Shown here: in pieces, positions 38,534 through 47,938 of the stretch
How the letters are laid out: every line of letters starts with the position of its first letter
Position numbering within the stretch: the first letter of the stretch is position 1
Source of the DNA: Thainema sp.
GTDB taxonomy: Bacteria; Cyanobacteriota; Cyanobacteriia; Phormidesmidales; Phormidesmidaceae
DNA length: 51,256 bases
Reading direction: 5' to 3'
Assembly (NCBI GenBank): GCA_052168235.1
Contig: JBQLZK010000056.1
Span: 1 to 51,256 of the forward strand
Program-made: the position numbers and the translations under genes
Notes under the pieces: model-generated
The model's input: the letters and a program-made list of their open reading frames with translations, nothing else
The model's database searches: none
Told to the model about the DNA's origin: nothing

Positions 38534-40687
38534 TCAATTCGAGCTGTTAGCTGCGAGTTCAGCTGAATGATTAGTAATTATCTCGTAAAAATTATATTTT
38601 TTCCCTAGTACAGCCGAACCTTCACTTGATAAGTGCCCGTCATCTCTGTACAACCCAATCGAGCCAATATGCGTTTTACAAGTAGCTCCATCACACATCA
38701 ACTGATCAAGACGGACGACCCGATAGTTTTTATGACTAATATTGTCGAGAAACTGATAGACCATGCTCCGGATCTGAGACATCTCATCTTGTTTAAAGTC
38801 GCATTTGGCTAACTCTATACCTTGCCAATCCGCACTAGCTAAGCATCGGCCTAAGTCAATACCGTTAGCAGGGGGTGGTGAAAAAATAACGGGTATAATG
38901 CCCATTGACTTTAACTCAGTGAGCGTCTTTTCGAATTCCTCTAATACGAAATCTGAATTGACTGTCACATGTACACCATTACGCAGGACTAGAATTTTAT
39001 CTTCCTTCAAATATTGGAAAAAGGGCGACGAAAGTACAGCATATTTAACCGTCTGATTATTCTTCAGCCACTGCCTAACTTCTTCTGTAAAGACTAAGCA
39101 TTCCTTTGACCAACGAGGTGGATAATCTGGTTCAGAAACAGGAGCAATATCAAAAAAGGGGCCACAAACGCTCATTGTCATCTGAATGATCTGGGCGTTT
39201 GGATTTGATGCCATAATCCCTGGCACTAAGTGCATTGCAAAGGAATCGCCCCAGATTAGTATTTCTGGCTCGTCACTGGTTCTACAATCGGCAGACCAGG
39301 TAAGAGGGCCATCACACTTCATACTGAAGTCATAGTTATAACTGTCTGAAGGATCTTGATTTGGTTCTGGAACAGTATTGAGTTGTGAATAATGATTTGG
39401 GTTTGGACGATCGGCAGTTTGACCCAAATAAGCCAGTTTTGTCTGTTCGATAGCGTCCAATGCTACCAACTGCGCAAGCGAATTTAGCTGTTGAGTTGGA
39501 TTTAGATTTATCTGTCCTATTAAGCGTTCTATGGGCTGTGCTTCTTCTGGAACCCGGCTAACAAAACCATCCGTTATATAGCCAGCTATTCCTACTTCTA
39601 TAAAGATTACTGAACCAACTAGCCAAAATAGAAATATGGCTTTCTTACTGATTCGGCTGGTTGATCTAAAGGGTTTCTCAATATACTTCCAACTCAGATA
39701 AGCCAACGGAAACACCAGGATGATCAGCATGATGATGAGGAACTGGCTCGGTTCAGTGAGGCTTCTGTGGCGAGCAAACACAAAAAGCGGCTGGTGCCAG
39801 AGGTATGCACTATAGCTAATTAGGCCAATCCTAACTAGATACTTTGTGCTTAGTAACTGACCTACCCGAGTTTGAGATGTTGTAAAAAGGATGATTAAAC
39901 CTGTACCAACTGTCGGGATTAAAGCGAAAAAGCTAGGAAAAGGGACAGTTTCATCAAAAACAATAACTGAATAAATAATGGCTGTTAGACCAATCCAACC
40001 GAGCGCTTCATTGACAATGTTCTTCTTGCATAAGTGTGAGTAAACAGCCTGTTTCTGTAATACAAATAAGGCAAGACTAGCTCCCAGAGCTAATTCCCAC
40101 CATCGGGTAGGAAGCAAGAAAAAGTTGGCTGAAGGTAGATTGTAGGCTCCCCATTGCGAAAGGAGAAAACTAATTGCGGTAATGAACAATAGGGAATTAA
40201 ACAACTGGCGTTTATGAAAACGCCAAATCAACATCAAATATAAAGGAAAGATAAAATAGTATTGTGCTTCAATTGCTAAGGTCCAAGTGTGCAGCAAGGG
40301 CTTCAGTTCGTTGGCCGTGCCCCAGTATCCTGATTCAAGCCAAAAAAGAATGTTGGACAAAAAGTAGGGAATGGCTATCAAGCTTTGGGAAAAATCCTTC
40401 ATATCTGGAGGACGTAGCCAAAACCAAGAAAATATTAAGGAAACAAAGACAACTAGAAACAGTGCAGGCAGAATACGTCTAGCTCGCCGCTCGTAAAAAT
40501 TGATTAACGAAAAAGTATCCTGCTCAATCTCAGACACCACAATAGTTGTGATCAGGTAACCGCTGATGACAAAGAAAACGTCAACACCAACAAACCCACC
40601 GCTGAAATATCTAAAACCCGCATGAAACAGAATGACGGAAATTACGGCTAGCGCTCTTAGACCATCAATTTCAGCACGATACTTCAT
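38534..40687 (-). CDS. Acyltransferase-3 plus SGNH domain O-acyltransferase (OafA-like)
   Basis: YRAEIDGLRALAV, GVDVFFVISGYLI, RRARRILPAL, HTWTL, SYSAYLWH; C-terminal GDSFA and DDGHL. Confidence 0.92.
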   Translation of the reverse strand: MKYRAEIDGLRALAVISVILFHAGFRYFSGGFVGVDVFFVISGYLITTIVVSEIEQDTFSLINFYERRARRILPALFLVVFVSLIFSWFWLRPPDMKDFSQSLIAIPYFLSNILFWLESGYWGTANELKPLLHTWTLAIEAQYYFIFPLYLMLIWRFHKRQLFNSLLFITAISFLLSQWGAYNLPSANFFLLPTRWWELALGASLALFVLQKQAVYSHLCKKNIVNEALGWIGLTAIIYSVIVFDETVPFPSFFALIPTVGTGLIILFTTSQTRVGQLLSTKYLVRIGLISYSAYLWHQPLFVFARHRSLTEPSQFLIIMLIILVFPLAYLSWKYIEKPFRSTSRISKKAIFLFWLVGSVIFIEVGIAGYITDGFVSRVPEEAQPIERLIGQINLNPTQQLNSLAQLVALDAIEQTKLAYLGQTADRPNPNHYSQLNTVPEPNQDPSDSYNYDFSMKCDGPLTWSADCRTSDEPEILIWGDSFAMHLVPGIMASNPNAQIIQMTMSVCGPFFDIAPVSEPDYPPRWSKECLVFTEEVRQWLKNNQTVKYAVLSSPFFQYLKEDKILVLRNGVHVTVNSDFVLEEFEKTLTELKSMGIIPVIFSPPPANGIDLGRCLASADWQGIELAKCDFKQDEMSQIRSMVYQFLDNISHKNYRVVRLDQLMCDGATCKTHIGSIGLYRDDGHLSSEGSAVLGKKYNFYEIITNHSAELAANSSN

Positions 40688-40926
40688 GATTATCAGTTAG
40701 CCCTAGTTGAAATAGATTGACTGCGTCATTGCGAGAGCAATAATAGACAGAATATAAATGATTACATAAGTTTTAACTTGATAAATATTAATATAGCTGT
40801 CATCTTAGCCAAGATTACTGCTGATAAATTTTATTATTTTCTTTAGCCTGTTTCACACCTTTATTGAGTAATAGATAGGAAATATGCGATCGCATCTGTA
40901 ATAGCTCTCTAAAGACGCATTACTCT

Positions 40927-41466
40927 ATGGAATCTATAGATCCACAAATTCAACAAATCCAAGACCAAATTGAGGCCTACCAAAATATGGCTCGGCAGGA
41001 GTACAACGTGCCGACGGAGCAATCGCTACCCATTGCCTCTCGTCCTGATATCGCCTTTCGGCCTAACTGCGCTCAACTGGAGGCAGTATGGGAAGCCGAA
41101 CAAACGGCTTGGGTATGGGAAGGGGAAACTCTCTACAAAACAACGGGTGCAGTCACAGCGACCAATGAGATGCTGTTGAATTTGCAGTCTGCCGGAATAT
41201 GCTCGGCTAGTCCCCACGCTCAAAACGTGTCGTTGGTGATGACTGATGAAGTATTGATCAAATTACAACTGTTAAAGTCAGAAGCTGACGTAACCTATCC
41301 CCAGGGGGTACAGCCGGTCGTCAGTCAGCTTATTTCAAAGACAGCCGTAATCTTCCCATTGAACAATAGCTGGCTATTGTTTGTGTTGGCACCTATTCCT
41401 ATGATTGGTATAGCTATTGGCCTGATTGTTTTAGGTCGATTTGAAAAGAGAAAGAACTCGAAATGA
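40927..41466 (+). CDS. Hypothetical protein with C-terminal TM anchor
   Basis: 179-aa ORF filling the gap; hydrophobic C-terminal helix followed by a basic tail. Confidence 0.55.
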   Translation: MESIDPQIQQIQDQIEAYQNMARQEYNVPTEQSLPIASRPDIAFRPNCAQLEAVWEAEQTAWVWEGETLYKTTGAVTATNEMLLNLQSAGICSASPHAQNVSLVMTDEVLIKLQLLKSEADVTYPQGVQPVVSQLISKTAVIFPLNNSWLLFVLAPIPMIGIAIGLIVLGRFEKRKNSK

Positions 41467-41500
41467 GGTATTTAAACTTATGCGCTGACTCGGTATTAAA

Positions 41501-42760
41501 CTACTGTTGTTCAAATGGTTGGCACCGTTGCTCAATTAGTTCTGAAATAGCTGCGTACCAGGTATTGGCAATTTTGTCATAACCTGTTGCATTAGGATGA
41601 ACACCATCGGCTAAATCGAGTGGAGTTAATGCACTGTAGATATCTACATAGTGGACTCGTCTTCCCGCACGTGTGTAAGCATCAACAATATCGGGAATTT
41701 GTGAATTAAACAACCTAGCGCGATCGTTGGCAATTGGATCGCTCAGTCTAGGGACGGATGCTACTAATAATTCTGTTTCTGGCAAGTTTAAGGTGATACT
41801 TTGAATTAGTTCGCTTAACTGTTGAGATGCCCCTGGAAAATCATGGGCATTGGGATAAAGGATATTATTAGTGCCAATCATTAACAAAATAACTTGGGGC
41901 TGATTAACGTTTAACCAACCCGTGATTTCTTCCTGAAGGTATTGAATAGCTTTACCCGGATGCCCCTCATGATCACGATCAATGGTTAAGGGGCCATTAG
42001 CTTCAGAACCTACAAAATTGACTTGCCGATTGGTCTCTAAAAATCGGTTCCAAAGACCAATCCGATATCCTCCTTCGATGGCCGATCCGTGCGTGATGGA
42101 GTCACCAAGGGGCATGATGCTTAACGTCGGGGAATAGCAATAGGATTCGTTGCTGGGGGGATTAGGAATTGAAGGGGCTTGAGGTTGCTCCACCGTTACT
42201 GTCCAATCAGTGGTAACGGATTGCTCGCTTAGACGTGTGCGATCTCGAATCTCAACGGGTGCTTCCTGCGCTTGAACTTGAGGTTCCAAACGAATTTCGG
42301 TTGCATCCGCATTGGTGCGAACAATCCAATCTCTTTGTCCACTGGTGACTGTGACTCGCCAACCATCCGTCTGAGTTGAAGCACAGCTTTCAACGGGATT
42401 AGGAAGCCCCAGACAGGTATCTGGCCATTGTTCAGGGCTAAAGTCTGTAATGCGTAAACGGGACGTACCAGCTTCACGAAACACAGATCGATAGACCTCC
42501 CACTCAACTTGATTGGGCAGACGGATCATATGCGGACGAGTGTGCCGCGATCTGGGAAACTCGCGCCCCTGAGCGATAGATTGGCCTTGCACGGTTGCGT
42601 GATCCGTTGCTGCGGGAGCGAAGTGCGATCGCACGTCTGCCATTCCTGGCCTTTGGCTGATGCCCAACCCCAAAAAGCTGCTGAGCAGCAACGTTGAAAC
42701 CAGCCGTCTGGATAACCGAGAAGAACTCAAAATTAATTGTAGAGAAATACGAAGAGCCAT
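41501..42760 (-). CDS. Exported SGNH/GDSL hydrolase with a small Cys-paired N-terminal domain
   Basis: MPLGDSIT, HEGHPG, IGTNN, DGVHPN; N-terminal WPDTCLGL..C...GWRV domain. Confidence 0.85.
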   Translation of the reverse strand: MALRISLQLILSSSRLSRRLVSTLLLSSFLGLGISQRPGMADVRSHFAPAATDHATVQGQSIAQGREFPRSRHTRPHMIRLPNQVEWEVYRSVFREAGTSRLRITDFSPEQWPDTCLGLPNPVESCASTQTDGWRVTVTSGQRDWIVRTNADATEIRLEPQVQAQEAPVEIRDRTRLSEQSVTTDWTVTVEQPQAPSIPNPPSNESYCYSPTLSIMPLGDSITHGSAIEGGYRIGLWNRFLETNRQVNFVGSEANGPLTIDRDHEGHPGKAIQYLQEEITGWLNVNQPQVILLMIGTNNILYPNAHDFPGASQQLSELIQSITLNLPETELLVASVPRLSDPIANDRARLFNSQIPDIVDAYTRAGRRVHYVDIYSALTPLDLADGVHPNATGYDKIANTWYAAISELIEQRCQPFEQQ

Positions 42761-42879
42761 AGAGAACGACTATTTGGGTGGGAGTTTAATAGGTATACAA
42801 CAAACTCCAGCGTTTAAAAATATCCAGTCCTAATCTAATCGACTCGTTTTACACATTCGAGTTCCGTTGTTGCTAATTG

Positions 42880-43121
42880 TATAGCTGTAATCAGTTCGGT
42901 TGGGATACGAACATTTTTGTAGTGTGACTCCATATCTGTTTAGCGTAGCTGTGCGATCCCCCGCTGTCGCCGCCCCCTTTTTAAGGGGGCTATTCACAGA
43001 TTGATTCAAAGTTCCCCCTTTTTAAGGGGGGTTTAGGGGGATCTATGCCCAGTGTGGCGCTAAACAAGGACGCGGCTCCGCCGTGCTACAAAAATGTTCT
43101 GCTCAACAAGGCTACCGCTAT
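42880..43121. mobile_element. Composite of nested miniature inverted-repeat elements
   Basis: Outer ATAGCTGTAATC/GGCTACCGCTAT; GAACATTTTTGTAG/CTACAAAAATGTTC; TGTTTAGCG/CGCTAAACA; inner GATCCCCC/GGGGGATC with CCCCCTTTTTAAGGGGG x2. Confidence 0.7.
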
Positions 43122-43157
43122 CTTGATTGCTGGATCACGATTGATGGGCAATCGCTC

Positions 43158-43196
43158 AAAAATGACAAGAGTCACGCTGAGCGCAACTCTTGTCAT
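43158..43196 (-). terminator. Terminator downstream of the EF-G paralog
   Basis: ATGACAAGAGT/ACTCTTGTCAT stem followed by a T run on the minus strand. Confidence 0.6.
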
Positions 43197-43224
43197 GATG
43201 AATACCCGCTTCACCGTTGCAGCC

Positions 43225-45258
43225 TTATTCGGCTGTCGCGTAATTAGCTAGAATACGTTCTTGAATCTTGTCGGGAACCTCTTGCAGATGGTCGAACTGC
43301 CAGCGATAGGTGCCAATGCCCATCGTTAGCGATCGCAGTTCTACAATCAGGTCTTGCATTTCCACCTGCGGCAGGTAGGCCGTGACATCATCCCAGTTTT
43401 GCCAGCCTGGTTTGGCGGTGTAGCCAAGGATTTGGCCGCGACGACCGCTGATCAACTGCAGCACGTTGGATGTGTAGTCGGTTGGTACAGAAATTGTTAC
43501 CAATGCAATTGGTTCAAGTAAGGCTGGTTCGCAGGCTGCCATTCCTTCTTGCATGGCCAGTCGAGCCGCCTGCTTGAAGGCTTGCTCAGAACTGTCCACC
43601 GAGTGGTAAGACCCATCCGTCAGCGTCACGGACACGTCTACCACTGGGAAACCGAGTGGCCCGTGTACCAGGTACTCCCGCACTCCGGTTTCAACGCCAG
43701 GAATGTACTGCTTGGGCACTACGCCACCCACAATCTTTTCTGCAAAGCTGAAACCGCTGCCCCGTGGCTGGGGGGCAATATCCAGATACACATCGCCGAA
43801 CTGGCCATGACCGCCCGTTTGATGCTTATAGCGACCGTGAATGTGCTCCCGCGCTTTGCGGATTGTTTCCTTAAACGGCACCTGGGGAATGTGAGTAGAC
43901 ATCGGCAGATTGTACTTGCGCCGCAGCCGATCCATCGCAATCTTGAGGTGAATTTCGCCCTGGCCCCAGAGAATCACTTCGTGGGTGTCGCCATGCTGTT
44001 CCCACATCAGAGAGGGATCTTCCTCAACCATTTTGGTGAGAGCCGCACTCAGTTTAACCTCATCACTGCGTTTCTCAGGTGCGATCGCAAGGGCATAGAC
44101 TGGATCAAGCGATTCAGCCTTCGCCAATAGCTTAGTAGGTGCATTGCCTTCAGTTGTGAGCGTATCACCCGTCTTGATCGTATCCAGCCGTGCGATCGCA
44201 ACAATGTCACCCGCTTCAGCAACCTGAATACTTTCTAGCTGCTGACCCATCAGCCGATAGAGTCCGCCAGGGCGCTCACCATTGACGGCACCATTCTCAG
44301 TCAAAGTGCCCTGCCAAACCCGCGCTAGCGACAGCTTGCCGCCTTGGGGCGTGTAGTAGGTTTTAAGCACCTGAGCCAAACCCGCTTCAGCAGATTGCAA
44401 GCCACGGTGCTCAGCTGTTTCAATGTCATCGGGGGCTTCTTTGAGCAGCGCATCCAGCAGTGGGCGAGTGCCATAGTCCTGCTCGGCAATGCCGATAAAT
44501 ACGGGCACGATCAGGTCTGCGCCCAAATCTTTCTTCAAATCCTGCAAAATCTCATCTTGAGGCGGATCGATTTCTTCCAGGAGTTCTTCCAGCAGATGAT
44601 CGTCAAAGTCGGCCAGAGTTTCCAGCATTTCCTCGCGCGCCTGATGCTCTTCGTCTTTGAGCGAATCCGGCATTGGTACCGGATCGGCAGCGGCACCGGG
44701 ATGATAGTGATAAGCCTGCTCGGAAATCAGGTCAATGTAGCCAATTAGGTCTTGTCCCTGGCGAATCGGATACTGTTGCGGCACCAGAGGACGACTCGAT
44801 ACGGTCTTTAAGGCTTCTAAGACTTCGCGGAAGGGAGCCTTGGCCCGATCCATCTTATTAATCATCACCACGTGGGGAATTTCCCAGGTGTCTAAAAATT
44901 GGAACAGAGGCGATAGAGATAGCACTCGATCAGCCGCTGCTTCACACACCACAATGGCGGCATCAACCCCAATCAAGGCATTGTAAGTTTCCTGCACCAG
45001 TTCAACCGAACCGGGACAGTCTAAAAATGTAAAACGAATGCCGCCATACTCAGTGTAGGCGGCATTGATTTCGACAGTCATTTGGCGATCGCGGGCTTCC
45101 GGCGTACCATCCCCAACCGTGTTGCAGTCTGCAATCCGGCCTTTGCGAGAAATAGCCCCAGTGACAGATAAAAGGCTTTCTAGAAGGGTGGTTTTACCAC
45201 TGGAATACGGACCCACAATCGCCACATTTCGTGAGCCCGACAACGCTTTACCACTCAT
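43225..45258 (-). CDS. Elongation factor G-like paralog (EF-G2 type)
   Basis: GPYSSGKTT, DCPG, NKMD, GQGEIHL, KHQTGGHGQFG, DGSYHSVDSS; lacks the canonical AHIDAGKT and RGITI. Confidence 0.92.
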   Translation of the reverse strand: MSGKALSGSRNVAIVGPYSSGKTTLLESLLSVTGAISRKGRIADCNTVGDGTPEARDRQMTVEINAAYTEYGGIRFTFLDCPGSVELVQETYNALIGVDAAIVVCEAAADRVLSLSPLFQFLDTWEIPHVVMINKMDRAKAPFREVLEALKTVSSRPLVPQQYPIRQGQDLIGYIDLISEQAYHYHPGAAADPVPMPDSLKDEEHQAREEMLETLADFDDHLLEELLEEIDPPQDEILQDLKKDLGADLIVPVFIGIAEQDYGTRPLLDALLKEAPDDIETAEHRGLQSAEAGLAQVLKTYYTPQGGKLSLARVWQGTLTENGAVNGERPGGLYRLMGQQLESIQVAEAGDIVAIARLDTIKTGDTLTTEGNAPTKLLAKAESLDPVYALAIAPEKRSDEVKLSAALTKMVEEDPSLMWEQHGDTHEVILWGQGEIHLKIAMDRLRRKYNLPMSTHIPQVPFKETIRKAREHIHGRYKHQTGGHGQFGDVYLDIAPQPRGSGFSFAEKIVGGVVPKQYIPGVETGVREYLVHGPLGFPVVDVSVTLTDGSYHSVDSSEQAFKQAARLAMQEGMAACEPALLEPIALVTISVPTDYTSNVLQLISGRRGQILGYTAKPGWQNWDDVTAYLPQVEMQDLIVELRSLTMGIGTYRWQFDHLQEVPDKIQERILANYATAE

Positions 45259-45601
45259 AATCCGTTCTCCAAATACGTAACGGCAAGGATGAACTTTGCA
45301 TCATCCTTTTGTTGGTTCAAGCAGCTTTTTAGTGCGTCAAAAATATCGATTTTCACCGACCAACTAATATCAATTCGGTGTTTGAAGCGCAAAGAAACAG
45401 AACAATCTTGAATACCAATCGTATCGATGCTGTATCGAAACGTACTATTTGCTGCTCTTGCTATTAGATTAACCTGACAATAACCTGCTTTTAGCAAGCG
45501 ATTTGGAAAAGTTCACGTAAACAAACGTGGCTACTATGTTGAACTTTTACAAACTTTGAAGAGCGGATGTAAACTCAGCTGTTCCATAGGATGAGCGTTA
45601 G

Positions 45602-45668
45602 GTTAGGGCGGGTTTAGCCGATCAATTCTATTGTTGCGGTAAGATTATCCAACAAAACGACGCCACCC
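45602..45668. repeat. Degenerate REP-like element related to 18875-18941
   Basis: Shares GGGCGGGTTTAGCC and CAACAAAAC at similar spacing. Confidence 0.55.
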
Positions 45669-45885
45669 GATAAGCACAAATTCTGTAAATCAATTGATTT
45701 TTTAATGCTAATTTAATTTTTGATTGCTCTTTTTGATCCAACAGTTTGAAATTGGGGGAGTAGTAACTCTCACAGTGTTTTCGAGGCTGATGAAGTGCGA
45801 TCGCAGATCTTAATAGGTGGCGCATTTAATTGTTGGTGACACAATCTACGCGAAAGGTGCGATCGCGCTGTGCTGAAGGAGTACG

Positions 45886-47088
45886 TCAGTTTGCCATTAA
45901 TCGCATCCCTGCCGTAACGGGATCAAATCCTTCTGGAAATATAGTGTCTTCATCGTATATCGCGTCTACAAAAGAATTTTCTCCTTTCACAACAACGCCC
46001 AAAAGGTTGGCGTTCCGTAAATCAGCTTGCTCAAAGCTATTATTGTCTAAGTTGGCTCCTGAGAAATTAGTATTTGACAGGTTTGCCTGCTCAAAGCTGT
46101 TGTTGATGAGGGTTGTATTGCTCAAATCGGTATTTGACAGGTCTGCCCGCTTAAAGCTTCCATTGATGATGGTTGTATTAGTTAAAGCCGCATTAGTCAG
46201 AACTGCATCATCAAAGGTATTATCGTCCGAAAGTCTAGAGTTTGTTAGATCGATACCGTCAAGATTTGATGATGCAAAATTGTTCCTTCTCCAAGAGCTT
46301 GAGGGGGCTATAACATTTGATAGGTCAGTTCCTCTAAATTCAGAGCCTCCTATGCCTGAATCAGTCAGGTTTGCACCTGCAAAATTTGAGTATGAGAGGT
46401 TTTCTCTTGTGATAACAATGTCTACTAAGTCGGCCCCTGACAAATTAGTTCGAGGTTCTATCAAAAGCGCTCCAGCTTGAGCAGGAGAGAACCCGTTTGG
46501 AAACCGCGTACTGCTGTTGTAAAAACTTTTTGTTAAGGTCACGCCACTTAAATCAGCTTGACTGAAATCAGCCCCATCAAGACTGCTTTCGCGGATTGTT
46601 GAATGACTTAGGTCAGCTCCATCGAAACTTGCATTCTGAAAGTCTGATGCGTAAATATCAGCTTCTCGAAGATTGACACCACGGAAATTAGTTCCGATAA
46701 ATGATGACGATGAAAAAGTTGAACTGGAAAGATTAGAATTTTGAAAATTGGATTCGCTAAAGCGAGATTGAACTAAACCCGCATTGGGTAAGTAAGCACC
46801 GCTCAAATCAATCAAATCAAAGTCACATTGACGAGTCCTAAATCCAGGTAGCCACGCATCCTGAAGCTGAAGATATTCTCTAATAAAATAGTAGAAATAG
46901 CAACCTTCGCATCTTCCTGTTTCGACTATTTGTTTGAGTTGTTCTTCTTGATCCGGTGAGTTGAGTAATTCTTCGATCGCAGGATCAATATACTGCTCAG
47001 TATCGAGATAATCTTCAGTTGCATAGCTTCCTAAGGAGAAAGATACAGAGATGCAAGCTGCACATAGAAATAAGCGAACTAGAGACAT
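45886..47088 (-). CDS. Exported pentapeptide repeat protein
   Basis: Signal peptide, GRCEGC, long A(D/N)LS/F repeat tracts; AT-rich. Confidence 0.88.
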   Translation of the reverse strand: MSLVRLFLCAACISVSFSLGSYATEDYLDTEQYIDPAIEELLNSPDQEEQLKQIVETGRCEGCYFYYFIREYLQLQDAWLPGFRTRQCDFDLIDLSGAYLPNAGLVQSRFSESNFQNSNLSSSTFSSSSFIGTNFRGVNLREADIYASDFQNASFDGADLSHSTIRESSLDGADFSQADLSGVTLTKSFYNSSTRFPNGFSPAQAGALLIEPRTNLSGADLVDIVITRENLSYSNFAGANLTDSGIGGSEFRGTDLSNVIAPSSSWRRNNFASSNLDGIDLTNSRLSDDNTFDDAVLTNAALTNTTIINGSFKRADLSNTDLSNTTLINNSFEQANLSNTNFSGANLDNNSFEQADLRNANLLGVVVKGENSFVDAIYDEDTIFPEGFDPVTAGMRLMAN

Positions 47089-47177
47089 TTCTTCTATCTC
47101 GATAGAGCATGAATTAACTTAAGCGGTGGTGATCCAAAGATGATGGTTGTAGATGCTCAAACGCTCTTGCATATCTT

Positions 47178-47293
47178 GTAGGGTTCATTAGCTACGCGTA
47201 ACGCACCATTAAGCATCTTAAATTAATGCTTTAGCACCTCTAAAGATAAATAAACATAGGTTGGTACGTTTGCTTAGCGGCAACTCACCCGAC
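47178..47293. repeat. Degenerate GTAG-type REP-like pair
   Basis: GTAGGGTTCATTAGCTACGCGTAACGCACC and TAGGTTGG...CACCCGAC. Confidence 0.4.
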
Positions 47294-47322
47294 ATGAGAG
47301 ATGAGATCGCACTGGTTCCGCT

Positions 47323-47601
47323 TTATTCATCACCATGCACCTCAGCCTCTAATAACCTTCCTTCCAGCGGTTCGTATTCGTCCTCTAGAAGCCAAAGCTG
47401 CGCCTGATCGTATGTGTCACAACTGGTAACTAACCGATGTTGTTCAGCCGGATCGAAGATATAGCAGCTACCCGATTTATCACTCAGCAAGAGAAGAATA
47501 TAGGGAGGAGATTGCATTGGGTCTACCCAAACCTCTAAAAAATTCCAGTTATTCTTCACTCGGTCGGCTGCGGGGAATGGGGTGGTATCGGTTGTCTGCA
47601 T
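47323..47601 (-). CDS. Small acidic hypothetical protein
   Basis: GGAGAGG RBS; LEVWVD..PPYILLL..WLLEDEYE pattern resembles conserved cyanobacterial hypotheticals. Confidence 0.75.
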   Translation of the reverse strand: MQTTDTTPFPAADRVKNNWNFLEVWVDPMQSPPYILLLLSDKSGSCYIFDPAEQHRLVTSCDTYDQAQLWLLEDEYEPLEGRLLEAEVHGDE

Positions 47602-47938
47602 TGATCTTTACCTCTCCATAGAACAAAGGAATCGTTGAACCATCTGGACTAATTCGAACACCGATTGCTTCTGCAAAAAACAGCCCATAGCGATCGTAAC
47701 CTCTGGCGAATCCTGTGTATACGCAGCTTTCAACCCATGCTCTTTCTACTCCATGTGCGCCCCAGACGGTAGCACAAATTTTGAGGTTGATATTACAAGC
47801 CTCTTGAAGGTTGTATTCAGTGAGATCGCGCTGCAAATAAGTTATACGGTGCAGGCTGCGATCGCGTTATCGCGTTAACAATTAGACGGAGTGATGAATC
47901 ATGGGTTAGCCTAATGGTTAAAAAAATGTGATAAATAC

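Noticed and set aside
45830..46480. 216-aa plus-strand ORF
   Set aside because: Antisense shadow of pentapeptide repeats
47549..47836. 95-aa ORF overlapping the start of the 47323-47601 gene
   Set aside because: TTG start, overlap and no motif; cannot be supported or fully excluded
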